DNA of 64,000 nucleotides, taken from Chiloscyllium plagiosum (lineage: Eukaryota). Below the pieces are notes generated by a model. It ran no database searches and had not been told where the DNA came from. It was given only the letters and a program-made list of their open reading frames with translations. The stretch lies in contig NC_057719.1 of the NCBI RefSeq assembly GCF_004010195.1, positions 60,027,410 to 60,091,409 of the forward strand, written 5' to 3'. Within the stretch, counting starts at the first letter, position 1, and the number at the start of each line of letters is the position of its first letter. The position numbers were made by a program, and so were the translations under genes. Below are positions 48,601 to 62,990 of this stretch, one piece after another.

Positions 48601-51170
48601 AGTGCAGTAGGACTGGCAGGACTCAGGTGACACTCAGTTTGGGTAGATGACAACTAATAGATGAGAGGTCATTAATTGACGATAAACTTTTGGTTCTTGA
48701 TATGTTTGTTTGTGTTCTGAGAAGCAAATGCAGCTTCAGCCTGTTTGATATCTGATCACTTTGAGTGTTTATAAAGAGAAATGAATTTGTTGAGATTACT
48801 GAATTCTTCCATGGATATGATGATCCCACATTGAATAATAAGATGCTGAACTACTGTGGACTTTGAGGGAAGAGTGGCAGTAATTTATAGTGGGATGCAA
48901 CATTTGGCTGTTGGTAAAGACAGATAAGCTGTAAACCTAGTCTTAAACAGCAATTGGTGTAGGAACATGCAGTTGTATGTGGAAGTAGGTGTCAGCTATG
49001 TCATCTCTATGCAGTGAGAAGCTTTGATTGAGGCCACTACATTGATAGTGAGGGGTAGCTCCAGATTACAATGGTTGGCCAGATGCATGTTTCAGGTTCC
49101 AAGATGGCACCAGTGTCAGGAATGACTGTATATCCTGGACAGCTGGGTGTTGGTGTGAACTTATGGGCTTGGCAGGTCGGATAATTGGCTTGTACCGGTC
49201 AAGACGGGTGCAATAGGAGAGTGCTAGGAAATTAGAAGGGCGCGGGAGGATAGTGTGAGATAAATCACTGACAATCCATGAAATTTGAGGAAATTAATCC
49301 TTTGATACTTTATCAAAATATGGTAACATTCAGCCCCATATATCTCAGTTTGTATGTGATATTGTTATGATGAAAATAAAGGATGGGTCTTTGATAAAAC
49401 AATATGACAAAAATACACCTTTATCAACAGCATTTAATCAATATGATTAGTGGTTCCTGTTTATTCAAATTCTGTTCATATAAGGCTTGATACACCATTG
49501 AAACAATAATGCTTCAAAGTAATTGTGCACTCTGTTAACATTCTCAGTTTAGTTTCTAGAGTAATATATAAAACCTCCATACAAACATTTTCAAATAATC
49601 TGAAACAAGTTCTTTCTCTTATCCATATGGGAATGGTGGCTGTCAGAACAAAATCAATCCATCACTGCAGATGTATGTGTTTTCCCTCTTGCTGGAACCT
49701 GTTTTGAATTTGTACTCCCTTTACTATCTTCTCACAAATTACACATAAACCATTTTAAACACTGTAATCCAGGAAGACTTCTCTGTTTTAGTTCATGGTC
49801 ACCTCAAGGTTAAGATCAAGTTGTGATGTACAGTATTCCCAAAATTGTTACTAATAAATTACAATACATTTCAAAAGTAATTCATTGGCTGCAGGATGAG
49901 TGGAGGTCCTGTCTTCATGAAAGAGAAAATATAAATGCCAAGTCTTTATTCATTCTTTCTGAATTAAATCAGTTCTTAAATATCTTCAAATTTAAATGTA
50001 ATTGCTTTTTCACTTCTACTAGTTTCATAATATTTGTGGTAGGGAATGAAATTCAATGTAATAGATCCAGATTCAGCCCATTGCTCAGAGAACATACATC
50101 ATTTCTGAGGAGGGGACATGACTGAACTAAGTGCTTAGCAGTGTGACCCTTCCCCAAGATTCAGGATTGTCTGAGGTGGAAATCCCCCATTCAATCCCTC
50201 AGAGCTATTTGGAGACTTTCAGGGGGTTACAATAGCTTTGCCATTCTCATGTGATCTCTGAATCACTGCAAAATTGTGGTGTACTCAGAGATCATTAGTG
50301 TCAGTTGACTCAGTAATGAGCCTAATTGACAGTCGACGACAAGTAGCAACACGTCCCCCATGGACCCATTCCTGCCTCCAATTTAATCATGGCAAGTTTT
50401 CCTGCTACCAGGAATTGAACATGTGGCTTCTCCTGTGATTAAGTGGGCCTGTTCATTGGGGTTTCCACTGAGGCAGGCTGCATTAAATCCAGTCTGGTTA
50501 ATTCATTTAAATTAAGTGGATCATGAAGCACACAGCAACAAATGACAGTTATTTAGAGAGTGCTAATCCTGAACCATTTGCGATTGTATCTTGAGGTTGC
50601 ATGTTTGATTCTATTTCCATTAATATGTTCTGAAGGACACTTCATGCAGCATTCACTATCTTTTGGTTAATTTTCTATCCTTCTCAGAAAACAGTCACTT
50701 ATCCAGTTACTTTGTCTAACCTGGCAGTCTTTAAGAATCTTTGGATCAGCTTAATTTCTCAAATGAGAGTCTAGACTGTAATATTAGCAAGTTAAGCAAC
50801 AGTGCGAGGAATCAAAGCAAAGAAATGGGAAAAAAAGAGCAAGTTCTTCTCTATAAATGCTGCGAGACCTACTGAGTTATTTTCCAGGACTGTTTATATT
50901 TCAGATTTCCATGGTAAACTTTGATTGCTTGTGGCAGCATTGTTTCAATCTGGATCCTTCACAGTGAGGAATGAGCGTTTGAGGACACCTGTCCCACTCC
51001 CCTTATGAATAGCTGATCTCAGTAATGGTACCATAGACAATTGCTGTGAAAACCCAAGTCATTCACTAAATAATGCTCTTAAGTGAAGCAAATCTACCAT
51101 CCTTACCTGACCTAGTCTACAGGTGACTCCAGGCTCACAGGTAAAAGTAAAGCTTTTGACTCTGGGAATG

Positions 51171-51230
51171 AGAGAGAATGTGAGAGAGAGAGAGGGAGAG
51201 AATGTTTGAGAGAGAGAGAGAGAGAGAGAA

Positions 51231-51261
<31 letters not shown>

Positions 51262-51262
51262 T
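51171..51262. repeat. (GA)n/(GT)n compound microsatellite within a SINE
   Basis: Visible directly in the sequence. Confidence 0.9.
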
Positions 51263-51599
51263 GCCTGGTGATGATTTAACATGAGTGTCACTGTTTCTCA
51301 GTTGAAGGGTGAGGTTTAGAAGGTGGCAGTTCTGTTGAAACCTTAATTAATACTGAAACTGAACCATCCTGTTGGCATCACTCTGCATGGCAAACCAGAT
51401 GTCCAGCCACCTGAGCTCATTGACCTTCACTGTAATGTGGGTGATTTTCAATATTCCTCTGAAATGGCCTAGAATAATTCAGTACATCGGTGATTAAAGA
51501 TGAGCAAAAAATGTTGGCCTTGCCAGCAATGCCCACGTCCCATCAAAGAATAAAAAAAAACACAGGTGCTTAGAGAGAGACTCAAATTCTGCTCTTTAA

Positions 51600-53880
51600 C
51601 TCTTTGTTCCTCCACCTGGCCCAGAGAGGATTCCTTTGGGGCCCAAACAAAAGATGGCTCCTTTCTGATTGATGATGACTACCTGCAAGTCCTCTCTCGG
51701 GCTAAATGATTCACCTAAGTCTTTTTGCCTGTTGATGAGATACAGAGATCTCCTAACCTGGATAGAGGTTGCCAAGCAGCCATGAAGGTGTCCACAGAAC
51801 TTGGGTTAAAGTGCCAGAAGAGGCTGAATGGGCAAGAGTGGGAGCTGCTTGGGCAATTATCAGGAGCACTGAAAATGTGTGAATGCTGATGAAGGGCATG
51901 CTTGTCACACATTTGGAAGCATCATTTTAGTACAGCTGATTCATTACGATGTACAGTTTTATTTGCAAAATATCCAAGGATCAGATGTGGCCAAACCAGC
52001 TTAACAATTTTCACCTGTCCAGAGGAGGAAATGCTGGATCTGGCAGTGAATCAGCAGAGTCACACAATTGGGTCAGCTGTGGTTGGAGAATGGCCCTGGA
52101 ATGGCTGAGATTCCAGGTGCATGGGTCTCTCCTGCGAAACTATAGTAAGTGCATAGGTCAGTGTTTTGAAACCGAGGAAGGCAGCAGAGAGGTAATTTTG
52201 ATGGGTTTGGAGTTTGAAAGCATGCAGGATTTGAAGAGGAATGTGTACCTCAATGTCAAAGGGGCGTAAGGTTCAAACTCTGGTTATAATCTCCTGATGT
52301 CATGAGTGTGTTTTTTGCCCCCAAAGAAGCCACCTCAAATGATGCTGGCATCAGCCTGCTGCAGCCATGTACCCTGAGGGATCAAACATTAACCTGTGAG
52401 GAGGAAGAAGTTCAGAGCGTGCAGCATCACATGCTTGTTCCACATGTAGCACCAAGGACACACATACATCTTGATGCTTGCATGTGAGTTGGCTTTAAGA
52501 CATCCACATGCTGGTAAGCGCATTACAAGACTACTGATCAGAGACTGTGATAAAGCAAGCCTCTAGCAATAGGAGGAGTGCTGAAGGCAATGTAAATGCT
52601 GAGCCCCAGGCTGTTGCTGAGCCTCTGGAGTTGCCAGTGATGGAGATGCTGCACACGCAGCTTTTGAGGGTTATGAAAATTGCTCACTTATTACAGCATT
52701 GCTTTTTCCACTTGATGTTCCAGCTTCCTTCGTATGTGATGCTTTTGATTTGCATTAATTGTATGCTTTTAAAGAAGTTTGTGTTTATGTGGGCCTCCCT
52801 GCCTAACCTTATTTGATATCTCAATATTGCCACCTGAAAGATGGCTATTGTGTTCCTAGTAGATACCAAGAAAAGCTGAGTATGGCAAAGATATTCTAGT
52901 TGAGCAGAAAATACTATTGCTCTTGGAATCTTTGCGATATCTCGAGTCTTTCATGCCTCCAGCACACTGACTGCACAGCTGACTGACTTGGCTCACTTTC
53001 CAACTCCTCATCCTCATCCTCAGTGGATATGACAGTCTCCATCAGATTCTCCTCTGCTCGGGGCTCCTTTCTCTGGTGGACCAGGTTATGCAAGGCACAG
53101 CATATAATGTGAGTGAGACTCAAGCAGTAAAATATTGCAGAGCTCCACCTGGTTGGTGAATCTTTTCTGTTTAGAAATGCACCTGGTCTAGGTTGTGGTA
53201 TTTTTGTCAACAGTGTGTAATGAATCAGCCCTCTCACCTTCAGAATTCCTGTCATTGCTGCAAAACCTCTGATTCTTTCTATTTGAGTGGCACTGTCACC
53301 AGTAAATCACATTAACTGGATTTACCTAAAATAGCATCTCTAAAACCCACATACAGTGTTGGACATGAAGCAGAAAATTTCTCTCTGGTTCCCTCATGAT
53401 GTCTGGGATGGTCCAGAGGCAAAAGAAAGCAGGACCAGCTACTGTTAATGCCACTAGCATCAGGTGACCAGCAACAATAGATGGCAATCTCCTTTGAGAG
53501 CATTTCACACCGGGATGTAACTGTCATGCTGGCGACAGAGTCTTCCAAGGCATGTTCGTTCAGGAATCTGGAGGTATGTTATCCTGACCCTTTAGACATG
53601 GTTGACTGAGCAGTGGCTTTATGTACCTCTGTCTGTCAGTGGGAGGATGAGACAAATGTTTGGAGGGAGACAGGCCAAGTAATAGGATATGTTGAAAAGG
53701 TGAGTATAAAGACTCAAAGTGAGACTGCCTTTGCATCGAAGCATTGTTCACCTTGCTGGGTTACTTGTCCCAGGTAAGCTTCCTCCTTCCTCTCCATTTT
53801 TCATCTTTGGTGGAGGAGGCTGCTACTAAATGAACAATTCCTATGAAGGACAGGAATCTAAACTCCCAATGTTGGGAGTG
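51600..53880. mobile_element. Decayed PIF/Harbinger element: minus-strand transposase remnant (about 52914-53800) facing a plus-strand partner-gene remnant
   Basis: Minus strand: FAAMTGILKVRGLIHYT...AFLNRK and IICCALHNL...EDEDEE, typical of Harbinger/HARBI1 DDE transposases. The plus-strand partner is weakly supported (LTIFTCPEEEMLDL). Confidence 0.55.
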
Positions 53881-53897
53881 CACAACTTGATTGAGGT

Positions 53898-54191
53898 TTT
53901 TAGATTAGATTAGATTCCCCACAGTGTGGAAACAGGCCATTTGGCCCTACCAACCCTCCGAAGATTTCCCTCTGAATGATGTACCTAACGCTCTGGGCAA
54001 TTTAGCATGGTCAATTCACCTGACCTGCACATCTTTAGACTGTGGGAGGAAACTGGAGCACCCGGAGGAAAACCACGCAGACACAGGGAGCATGTGCAAA
54101 CTCCACACAGATAGTCACTCGAGGCTGGAATCGAACCTGGGACCCTGGTGCTGTGAGGCAGCAGTGCTAACCACTGAGCTATTGTGCCACC
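53898..54191 (-). mobile_element. HE1 SINE
   Basis: (agatt)n tail, V-domain and tRNA head on the minus strand. Confidence 0.88.
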
Positions 54192-54989
54192 CTGTTTGTT
54201 TTTGTATTTCCTGGGAAAGGGTAGTGACCAATTTCAAGCTTAAACTATGATAAATCAAACTTAAAACATTGTCAGCATTTCCATCTTCAGCATCAGAATC
54301 TTCCACTGAGTCTTTATGCACCCATTTGCAAGTTATCCTGTTACCTGCTGTGTCTCCCTCCAAATCACTTCCATTTCAGTCCACATAAAAATTGTGAAGG
54401 TAATATAAAATTCAGGTTTATTCCTTTGTTAACCAAATCATTAATTAGTTTATTTTATAAAATGGAGGGTAAGCTTCTGATTATGACACCTGCCTGCTTT
54501 CCATTGTGTTGGAGACCACAATGTTGACTTGGTGAGGGAGGGCAGTGATCACAATTTCTAAACATAAGCTACCTCTGCATATATCCAGCAGGAAGTAATG
54601 GATAGCTATAAAAAGACCTACTGATTACTCCCTTCCCATGCTGAGGGATACTAAGTTAGTGTTTCCATCTTTGCCCTATTGAGAATATTTAACTCTCTGG
54701 TTTGAAGGACATAGGGTTATAACTACTGGAATATTGATCCATGTGATTCAATTATAAGTACTTTGGTTGGCAATACTCCTTGGACAGATTTCCCAGCTCT
54801 TGATAGCAAAGTTTAGAAAAATCAACAAACTGACTGGGATTCAGAATTTGATTGTTTGAGAGAGAAGTTATTTTTAGAAGATCTCCTAATTAAGAAATGA
54901 GTCAGAGGTTTGATCTTTGATGATCACATTAAAAGGAGGGAACTAGGTGAATTTAGACCTGATTGCTGGTATCAAGACCTAAAGGAACA

Positions 54990-55115
54990 AGGGAGAAAAT
55001 GAGGACTGCAGATGCTGGAGAATCAGAGTCAAAAAGTGTGGTGCTGGAAAAGCACAGGTCAGGCAGCATCCGAGCAGCAGGAGAGTCGATGTTCTTCATC
55101 ATTCCTGAAGAAGGT
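54990..55115 (-). repeat. Penelope terminal-repeat fragment
   Basis: gaggactgcagatgctggag...gctggaaaagcacaggtcaggcagcatcc. Confidence 0.75.
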
Positions 55116-55277
55116 GATGCATATATTAAGTAATGGTTTGCTGGGTGAGAATTGGTTGTATTAATATGGGTAGCTGGTAATCAGTCAGATGTGAGTTTAA
55201 TGCAATGTGGCTAAGCCAAATAAAGCTCTCACTAGAAGTGTGGACTTGAAATCTGTTGAAATACAATTGCTGACTAA

Positions 55278-55295
55278 TGGCAGCAGAGGATGGTT
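55278..55295 (+). promoter_or_regulatory. Primer-binding site complementary to tRNA-iMet 3' end
   Basis: tggcagcagaggatggtt vs TGGTAGCAGAGGATGGTT (17/18), just upstream of the gag remnant. Confidence 0.75.
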
Positions 55296-56319
55296 GAATT
55301 AATTTGCTGAAAACAAGCCCTTGTGAACAACAGAAGAATGAATTTATAGTGTGGACCTGAGTTACTGCTTTACCAAAGACGAAACAAGGTATAGCCTTAG
55401 CATTTTCATGACCATACAAAGGCACATTAAGAAAGAACGTTTTCAAATTTAGAGCTCAATGAATTGAACACAGATGAAGATTTGGACAGACTGTTAATTC
55501 TACAGATAAAATTTATCAAAAAGATGCTTTTTTTGACTGCTTATGAAGTGTAGTCGGACCTTGGTAAATTTAGAAGACCATTGAAGAGTATATAATGGAA
55601 TTCAGTAGACTGTATGCAAACCTGCACAAATTTCATTTGGAATCTTCCCAGTCTTTGCTGGCATTTAAGTTTTTGGACTGTGCCATAGTATCGAGTATGG
55701 ATAGACATTTAGTTTTCACAGAACTTAAATCTGAGGATAAACATACACTGTTAGAACATAGGAAAATTCCTGGGAAAGCATTCCTTTCCAGTGGCATGTG
55801 TGGTCCAAAAGAGGCAATTGGCATAGGACAGAAGATGGAGGACACATGAAAGGAAAATTATAACAAATAGAAACAAGGTCAGAAATGTATTATAATCTCT
55901 GCTAATGTTCTTACTCTAAATCAAGTCCCAGACTGAAATTTGGCTTAACAGATCTTATCTTGCTTTTAAAAAAAATCTACTATGGTTGTCTTTCACTGAA
56001 ACACAAGATGCTGCAGATGAAGTTTCAACAGAAGAGTAGAAGCTTATTATGCAAGAGGAAAGTAAAATAGAATAAAACAAACTATTTGCATATAACAGAA
56101 ATGGAAATATTTTGAAAGACATTGAAAAATACAGTGCCATTAATGTAAACACTATCACTTTACAGTACTCAAACACCAGAAAATTCCACTGCAATATTAC
56201 ATTTATCGGTTTAACTTAACTGTTTCTGTCAATTCCTGTTCTTAACAGTTCCATTGTCTCTTCTTTGATTGGTTCAGCACCATTCATCATTCCTCAGACA
56301 CTGAAGCAGGTGCACTTAA

Positions 56320-57535
56320 CCAGTCCATATTCAAATGCAATAAGATCTGGACAATATCCAGGCTTGGGCTGACAAGTACTATTCACACCACACAAATGTC
56401 AAGCAATGATCATCTACAATAAGAGACAACCTAGCCAATATCCTTTGACATTCAATGGTATCATCATCACAATTCCACACTGTCAACCACTGCCAATGGG
56501 TTATCATTGACCAGAAACTCAACTGGACTCACCATATAAACCAGTGGCTACAAGAGCAGGTCAGAGCCTAGGAATACAGCGATGAGTAACTTACCTCTTG
56601 AGTCCTCAGAGCCTGCCCATCATCTACAAAGCACAAGTCAGGAGTGTGATGGAAAACTCCCCACTTGCCTGGATGAGTGCACTTCCATCAAATTCAAGAA
56701 GCTTGACACCAGCCAGGATAAAGTTGCCCATTTGATTGACTGCACAACCATAAGCACCTACCTCCTCTACCAATAATGCTCAGGAGCAGCGATGTGTTCT
56801 GTCTACAAAGATGCACTGCAGAAATTCACCAAACACCTTTAGTCAGAAGTTACTAAACCCACGACATCTTCCAAGGACAAGAGCAGCAAATACATGGGGA
56901 CACCATCTTTTGCAAGTTCCACTTTGGTTACTCACCATCTTGACATGGGAATATAACACTGTTCTTTCACTGTTGCTGCAAAATCCTGGAATCTCCTCCC
57001 TAAGGGCATTGTGGGTCAACCTGTAGGATATAGACTACAGTGGTTGAAGAAGGCAGCTCAGCACCATCTTCTCAAGGACAACAAAGAACTGGCAATAAAT
57101 GGGCAGCACGGTGGCACAGTGGTTAGCACTGCTGCCTCACAGCGCCAGAGACCCAGGTACAATTCCCACCTCAGGCGACTGACTGTGTGGAGTTTGCACG
57201 TTCTCCCCGTGTCTGCGGAGATAATTTTGAGAAACAGGGAGAATTTTGAATTTACAGGAAGAGCATGAATCCCACAAATGCTCAGGGTGTAATGCTCCGG
57301 TTTCCTCCCACAGTCCAAAGATGTGCAGGTCAGGTGAATTGGCCATGCTAAATTGCCCGTAGTGTTAGGTAAGGGGTAAATGCAAGGGTATGGGTGGGTT
57401 GCGCTTTGGCGGGGCAGTGTGGACTTGTTGGGCCGAAAGGCCTGTTTCCACACTGTAAGTAATCTAATCTAATCTAATCTAATCTAAAAAAAATGCTGTT
57501 GAGCGAGCAATGCCCACATCCCACAAATAAATAAA
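56320..57535 (+). mobile_element. LINE 3' fragment (same family as 13998-14437) with nested HE1
   Basis: catctacaaagcacaagtcaggagtgtgatggaa...aagaaggcagctcagcacc...gcccacatcccacaaataaa. Confidence 0.75.
57101..57486 (+). mobile_element. HE1 SINE (young) carrying a 75-bp foreign insert at 57219-57293
   Basis: CpG-rich HE1 head and (aatct)n tail; the insert duplicates 57978-58052. Confidence 0.9.
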
Positions 57536-60500
57536 TTACAAGATGTCACAACTTTCTCAGCTTCAAAAAACTTTTTCCAGCTTCTAAACTTAAACTTTTG
57601 GATTGGAACTTGCACACTAACATTATTACACTGAGGTAACTTATTTTCCAATAGCTCTAAACCCACTCTCTTCTCCATGAGAACTGTTTCATACATCCAA
57701 ATTCAACTAGGACTTCTGCAAACTGAAAGCAAACATTCCAAGCTATGAATATTTCCTCTGAACAAAGTGAAATTACCTGACCTTTTGAAACTGAAGGTAA
57801 GCTTTAGCCACTCTGTCTGCTTGTAAAGCTCCCCCAATAAAAATAAATTCCTATTATCACCCCAGTCTCTCTCTTCCTTATATACACAGACCAAAGCCCA
57901 CACACCACTAGTTCAAAAGTAAAGCTTAAAATAAGTGACTTCTATGTATACCACACATTTTATATCACAACTGTGATAGATAATTTTGAGAAACAGGGAG
58001 AATTTGGAATTTACAGGAAGAGCATGAATCCCACAAATGCTCAGGGTGTAATCAAGCAACACTTCAGGTGTGATTCCAAGTACTCCTATACCATGAACAG
58101 TCCTAATAGCCCTAAATTAAAAAAAAACTAAACATGAAACAGAAGGTTCGAAGGGAGAAGATAGAGACATAGATCAAAGAAAGGGCATTGTGTTGGTCAC
58201 AAGAAGGTTTAGCTCAGTAATGAATGTCCTGGTAGCAGAGTTTTTCAATTGTGCAGTAATCAGCAGTGGATGGAGATCTACAGTGTGCAGAAGTGACTGG
58301 CTAGAACGCTTCCTAGACTCTGATCAATAAGAATTAAGACAAATTTAAACATTTGAGAGTTCTGTAAGTTTCGGATTTAGAGATAACTTGTTAAAATCTT
58401 TAAATAGGATGGTTATTCCTTGTCAAGTAGAATTATTGTTGTTGTATTTGTTCACGGGATGTGGGCATAGCTGGCTGAGCCAGCATTTATTGCCCATCCC
58501 TAATTGCCTAGAGGACAGTTTAAAGTTAACCACCTTGTTGTGGGTTATTAGCACGGATATAGTGCATAATGAAATACCGTTGTTATCATGTAGGCATCAA
58601 CGAAGGAAGAACAGATGATACTAGACTTGAAAAATGAAAAAGCTGGTGTATTTGAAAAATTTGTGAACTTGCAATTTACACACTTCTATTTCTTTAATAG
58701 AAGATACCATTCGACAAAATAAATTAAAACAGTGTTACTGACATCAGGGGATGGAATTTGAAAGGCAAAAGATAATTGTATTAAATTTACAGAGGCAATT
58801 TGCCATCCATCCTCTAAAAGTTTTTAAAAATTAATGTAGTATGATAGGTTCACAGAAAAGTAATAGATGTCAGATTTGTAAGAAATATCAAAGGACACCA
58901 TCACAGTCTATAGTAAAGAGATAGCAAGAGATTTCAACCAGGTGGTGACTAAGAATTTAAAGATATGGGTTAATTTTGCATTTTGTAGATTTAGGAACCA
59001 GATTTTGTCAAGTCAACAATAATGCATTGTAAAGATAAAATAATTATGGGTAAGGAAATAAAAAGGTATCCACATTTTGTCCACTGACAAAATTTCTTGA
59101 CCAATAATGCTTACGAATGATGTGTGTGGAGATGTGTAAATAAGAACATCATAGTTATGCATTAAGCAGCAGAAAACCCTTTCATCAAGGGGGAATGTAA
59201 AATGAATCATATAGTAATAGATTAAAATTATTATATGCACCAGTGTGGACTATACGCACTAAGAATCTGTTATAGATGGTTGGAGAATATAGCTGTATTA
59301 GTTAGTTTTTGTTAGGAACCCTGAAGTTCCATTAGTACGAAGTGATCAACCCCCCAGTTTGAGAAGGGACTATAATTAACTCTACTTTCTCAGAGCATTT
59401 GAAAGTACTGCATACAGGAGAAAAGGCTTTTATTCAAGTCAAAATCACAAAATATTCAGCAAACCTTAAGATATAAGGTAAGGCCTTTGGAAATCAGTTT
59501 CAACATGTGAGATATCGTTTATTATAAGAGGGGCTTAAAGAATGGAAAGGCCTACGAAGGGTTATTGGTAAAGATGGGAAATAGTAATTGTACAGCATGG
59601 GAACCAGAATGTTAGGGTATGGTCAAGGTTGCTTGGTATGGATTACAAATTATCAGAATCTGAAAGAGTAATAGAAAATAACGAGGAACGAGGTACCACG
59701 CATACCCAGATAGTGTACAACTATAAGGACCAAACTGCTACAATTGCCATTTTGTCTGAAGATGGACAGATCAGTTCTGATGATCAATATGTGCCTATCA
59801 CTACCAGAAGTGTGTATGAAAGCCAAATATTTGCCAGAAGGAATTAATCAGTAGAGAAATGTGACCATTATAAATAACGATGTGCCAGTGTTGCACTGTG
59901 GTGGGGTGAACAAAGTTAAGAATCACACAACACCACATTATTGTCCAACAGGTTAGATTATAATCTGGTGTTATGTGATTTTTAACATTACAAATAAAGC
60001 AGTAAGGTCACAGGAAAATATAAAAGCTGGATGAAGTTAAGAAATGTGGGGCAGGAGGTTAGGTCCATTGGTTGAGAAAAATGAATATATTTAAAAAAAT
60101 ACAATAATGGAAGGCAAGAAAAAGAGTGTGCATTGAAACTATGGGTTTGGGAGCGAGTATGCCCCTTAAAAGAGATCATGATCTGTTTAAAGTTATCCTG
60201 TTAATAGAAGGGGGAGGTGAAACAGTAGTAGTCAAACAGGAGACTGATAGCAAGATAAATGTGTGTAGTTTACCAAATACAGTATAAACCAGGAAAACTA
60301 CTAGGAGCAGAACGTCACGTGATAGGGTAGTCTTAGTGGCCATGAACAAACTGGAAGACAAGTTAATAAATAATGTCAAACTATGAGAACTACAAAGGTG
60401 GAGAGAAGTAGGAGTGTACACAGAGATTCCAGATAGGGGACAACCAACGCATATTGTCAATATGCATGGAAACATTGTCTCCTTCTGGGACTTACTAAAG

Positions 60501-61419
60501 CAAGGCAAATGGCATAAGGTTTTGAATCAAAACTGGGGGACGAAACAATAAGAGTAGATTCAACAACAATTGGAAAAGCAATTCTGAAAATTTTCTAGGC
60601 TTTGTTAGCAACAAATAGTTGGGAGTGTTAATCAAATGTTGATCAAATGATTAAAATTGCATTTGTGAAGGGAAATCAGTTTCAGAAGGAAATATTTCTT
60701 TGTCTTCCAAAATAGGCACTAAATGCAATGGGAATACTTTAGATGTTAAATAAATGCTATGCGGCCTAAGTAATGCCTCTTGAATTTACTTCCTTTCAAT
60801 AAGGTCTTTCTTATTGAAATTAAGTTGTCTTCAGTTAAAACCAAACCCTGTCACATTTATTTGCATCATGAAGGCAGCTCTCAGTTATCTTTATGATATA
60901 TGGAGGTGATGGTTTTATGGGTTGGATGCAGTGACTTTGAAAACATTGTCATAAATGGGTTTAAAGCTGAATTCAAAATATGAGGTCAGCTTGTAGGGCT
61001 TTTAAGAATATTGGATTAGAAATCAGGCAGAATGGATCAAGTGTCACGTTTATCAGCAAACTTATTTGGAAAATGTTAGCCCTACTGATAGTAGTTAAAG
61101 TCACAAAACGATGCAATGGCTTCCATGGGTAAAATGGATAAAGTCACAGTGTTAAGGGGCAGAAGGAGGATATTTGGCCCATTGTGCTGCCCTAGTTTTA
61201 TTACCTCGTGCCAATCTCCTGTCTATTCCCCATGTCCCTGCGCATCATTTCTTAAAAGGAGGTCATTTAGCTCAGTTGGTTGGATACCTGGTTTGCAATG
61301 CAGAGTTTAATTCCTGCTTAATTAGAGTGAAGCCTGATGCATGGTGACCCTCAGGTTAAACCACCATCAATTGTCTCTCTCGAATGAGAGAGCAGCCCAG
61401 TGGTGACTTCACCCTTTTT

Positions 61420-62990
61420 GTACTATTTCTATCCAACTAATCATCCAATGCCCTCAAGTGTCTCAACTGAACCTGCATTCACAACATTTCCAGACAATGC
61501 ATTCCATACTCTAACTACTCGCTCATTGCAAAACATTTTTCTCACAACACCGTGCTTCGTTTGCACTTGAAATCTATGCTCTCTCATTCCCTTTTCTTTT
61601 ACACTATTCAGCCTACTCATGATTTTGAAAACCTTTATCAAATCTTTTCACAGCCTTCTTCTCTCCAAGAAGAACAGTTATCCTCATAATAGGAGTTTGT
61701 CATTCCTGGAACTATTTTTGCAAATTACCTTTGCACCCACTCCAATGCATTCACATCTCTCATATAATGTGCCCACAACTGTGCATGTTTCTCTGATTGA
61801 GGTCTAGCAAGTGCTATGTGCAAGTTCAACAAGGTGAAATGTGATGAAGATGTTAGGAGATTACAGGGTGACCTGGACAAGTTAGGTGAGTGGGCAGATG
61901 CACGGCAGATGCAGTTTAATGTGGATAAATGTATGGTTATCCACTTTGGTGGCAAGAACAGGAAGGCAGATTACTACCTCAATGGAATCAATTTAGGTAA
62001 AGGGGCAGTACAGAGAGATCTGGGTGTTCTTGTACACCAGTCAATGAAGGCAAGCATGCAGGTACAGCGGGTAGTGAAGAAGGCTAATAGCATGCTGGCA
62101 TTCATAACAAGAGGAAATGAGTATAGAAGCTTTCTGCTGATGGGTGAGTGCCGAACCAGAGGACACAGCTTACAAATATGGGGTAGACCATTTAGGACAG
62201 AGATGGGGAGAAACTTCTTCACCCAGAGAGTGTTGGCTGTGTGGAATGCTCTGCCCCAGAGGGCAGTGGGGGCCCAGTCTCTGGATTCATTTAAGAAAGA
62301 GTTGGATAGAGCTCTCAAAGATAGTGGAATCAAGGGTTATGGAGATAAGGCAGGAAGAGGATACTGATTAGGAATGATCAGCCATGATCATATTGAATGG
62401 CGGTGCAGGCTCAAAGGGCTGAATGGCCTACTCCTGCACCTATTGTCTATTGTCTATCACTGTCCTGGCTCTTGTACTCTATGGCCTATTAATAATGCCA
62501 AAAATATTATCCTTTATTAACCATTGTCTCCATCTGTCCTGCCTCCTTCAATGATCTGTACCCACATACAACGAGGTCTCTTTGTTCTTGTACCTCTTTA
62601 GAATTTAATCCCCGATTTCATAATGTTGTTCTGACCAAAGTGCATCACCTCACACTTCTCTGCATTAAACTAATTTGTCACCTATCCACCAACTCCACTA
62701 ACGTTAGTCATCTTTTTCAAATTCAATACTGTCATCCTCACAGTTTACAGTTCTTCCAAGTTTGAAATTGTCCCCTGTATACCAAGATGCAGATCATTAA
62801 TAGATATGAGAAAAAGCCAAGAATCACAATACTGATTCCTGGGGAATTCCACACTACAAATCATTATCCAGCTAAAAAACATTAATTTACCACCATTCTC
62901 CGTTTCCTATCACCCAGCCAATTATGGATCCATGTTGCTACTGTCCCTTTTATACCATGACCTATAACTTCCCTCACCAGTTGTGTGAAC
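61420..62990 (-). mobile_element. Old CR1 fragment interrupted by a younger CR1
   Basis: Minus-strand MIKVFKIM...RVVRVWNALS and ALARPQSE..AQLWA; resumes after 62460. Confidence 0.65.
61832..62457 (+). mobile_element. Younger CR1 3' fragment with internal deletion
   Basis: LQGDLDKLGEWA..QMQFNVDKC...QRDLGVLVH...KKANSMLAFI..G.EYRS|FLL.GE.RTRGHSL; tail (tattgtc)n. Confidence 0.88.
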
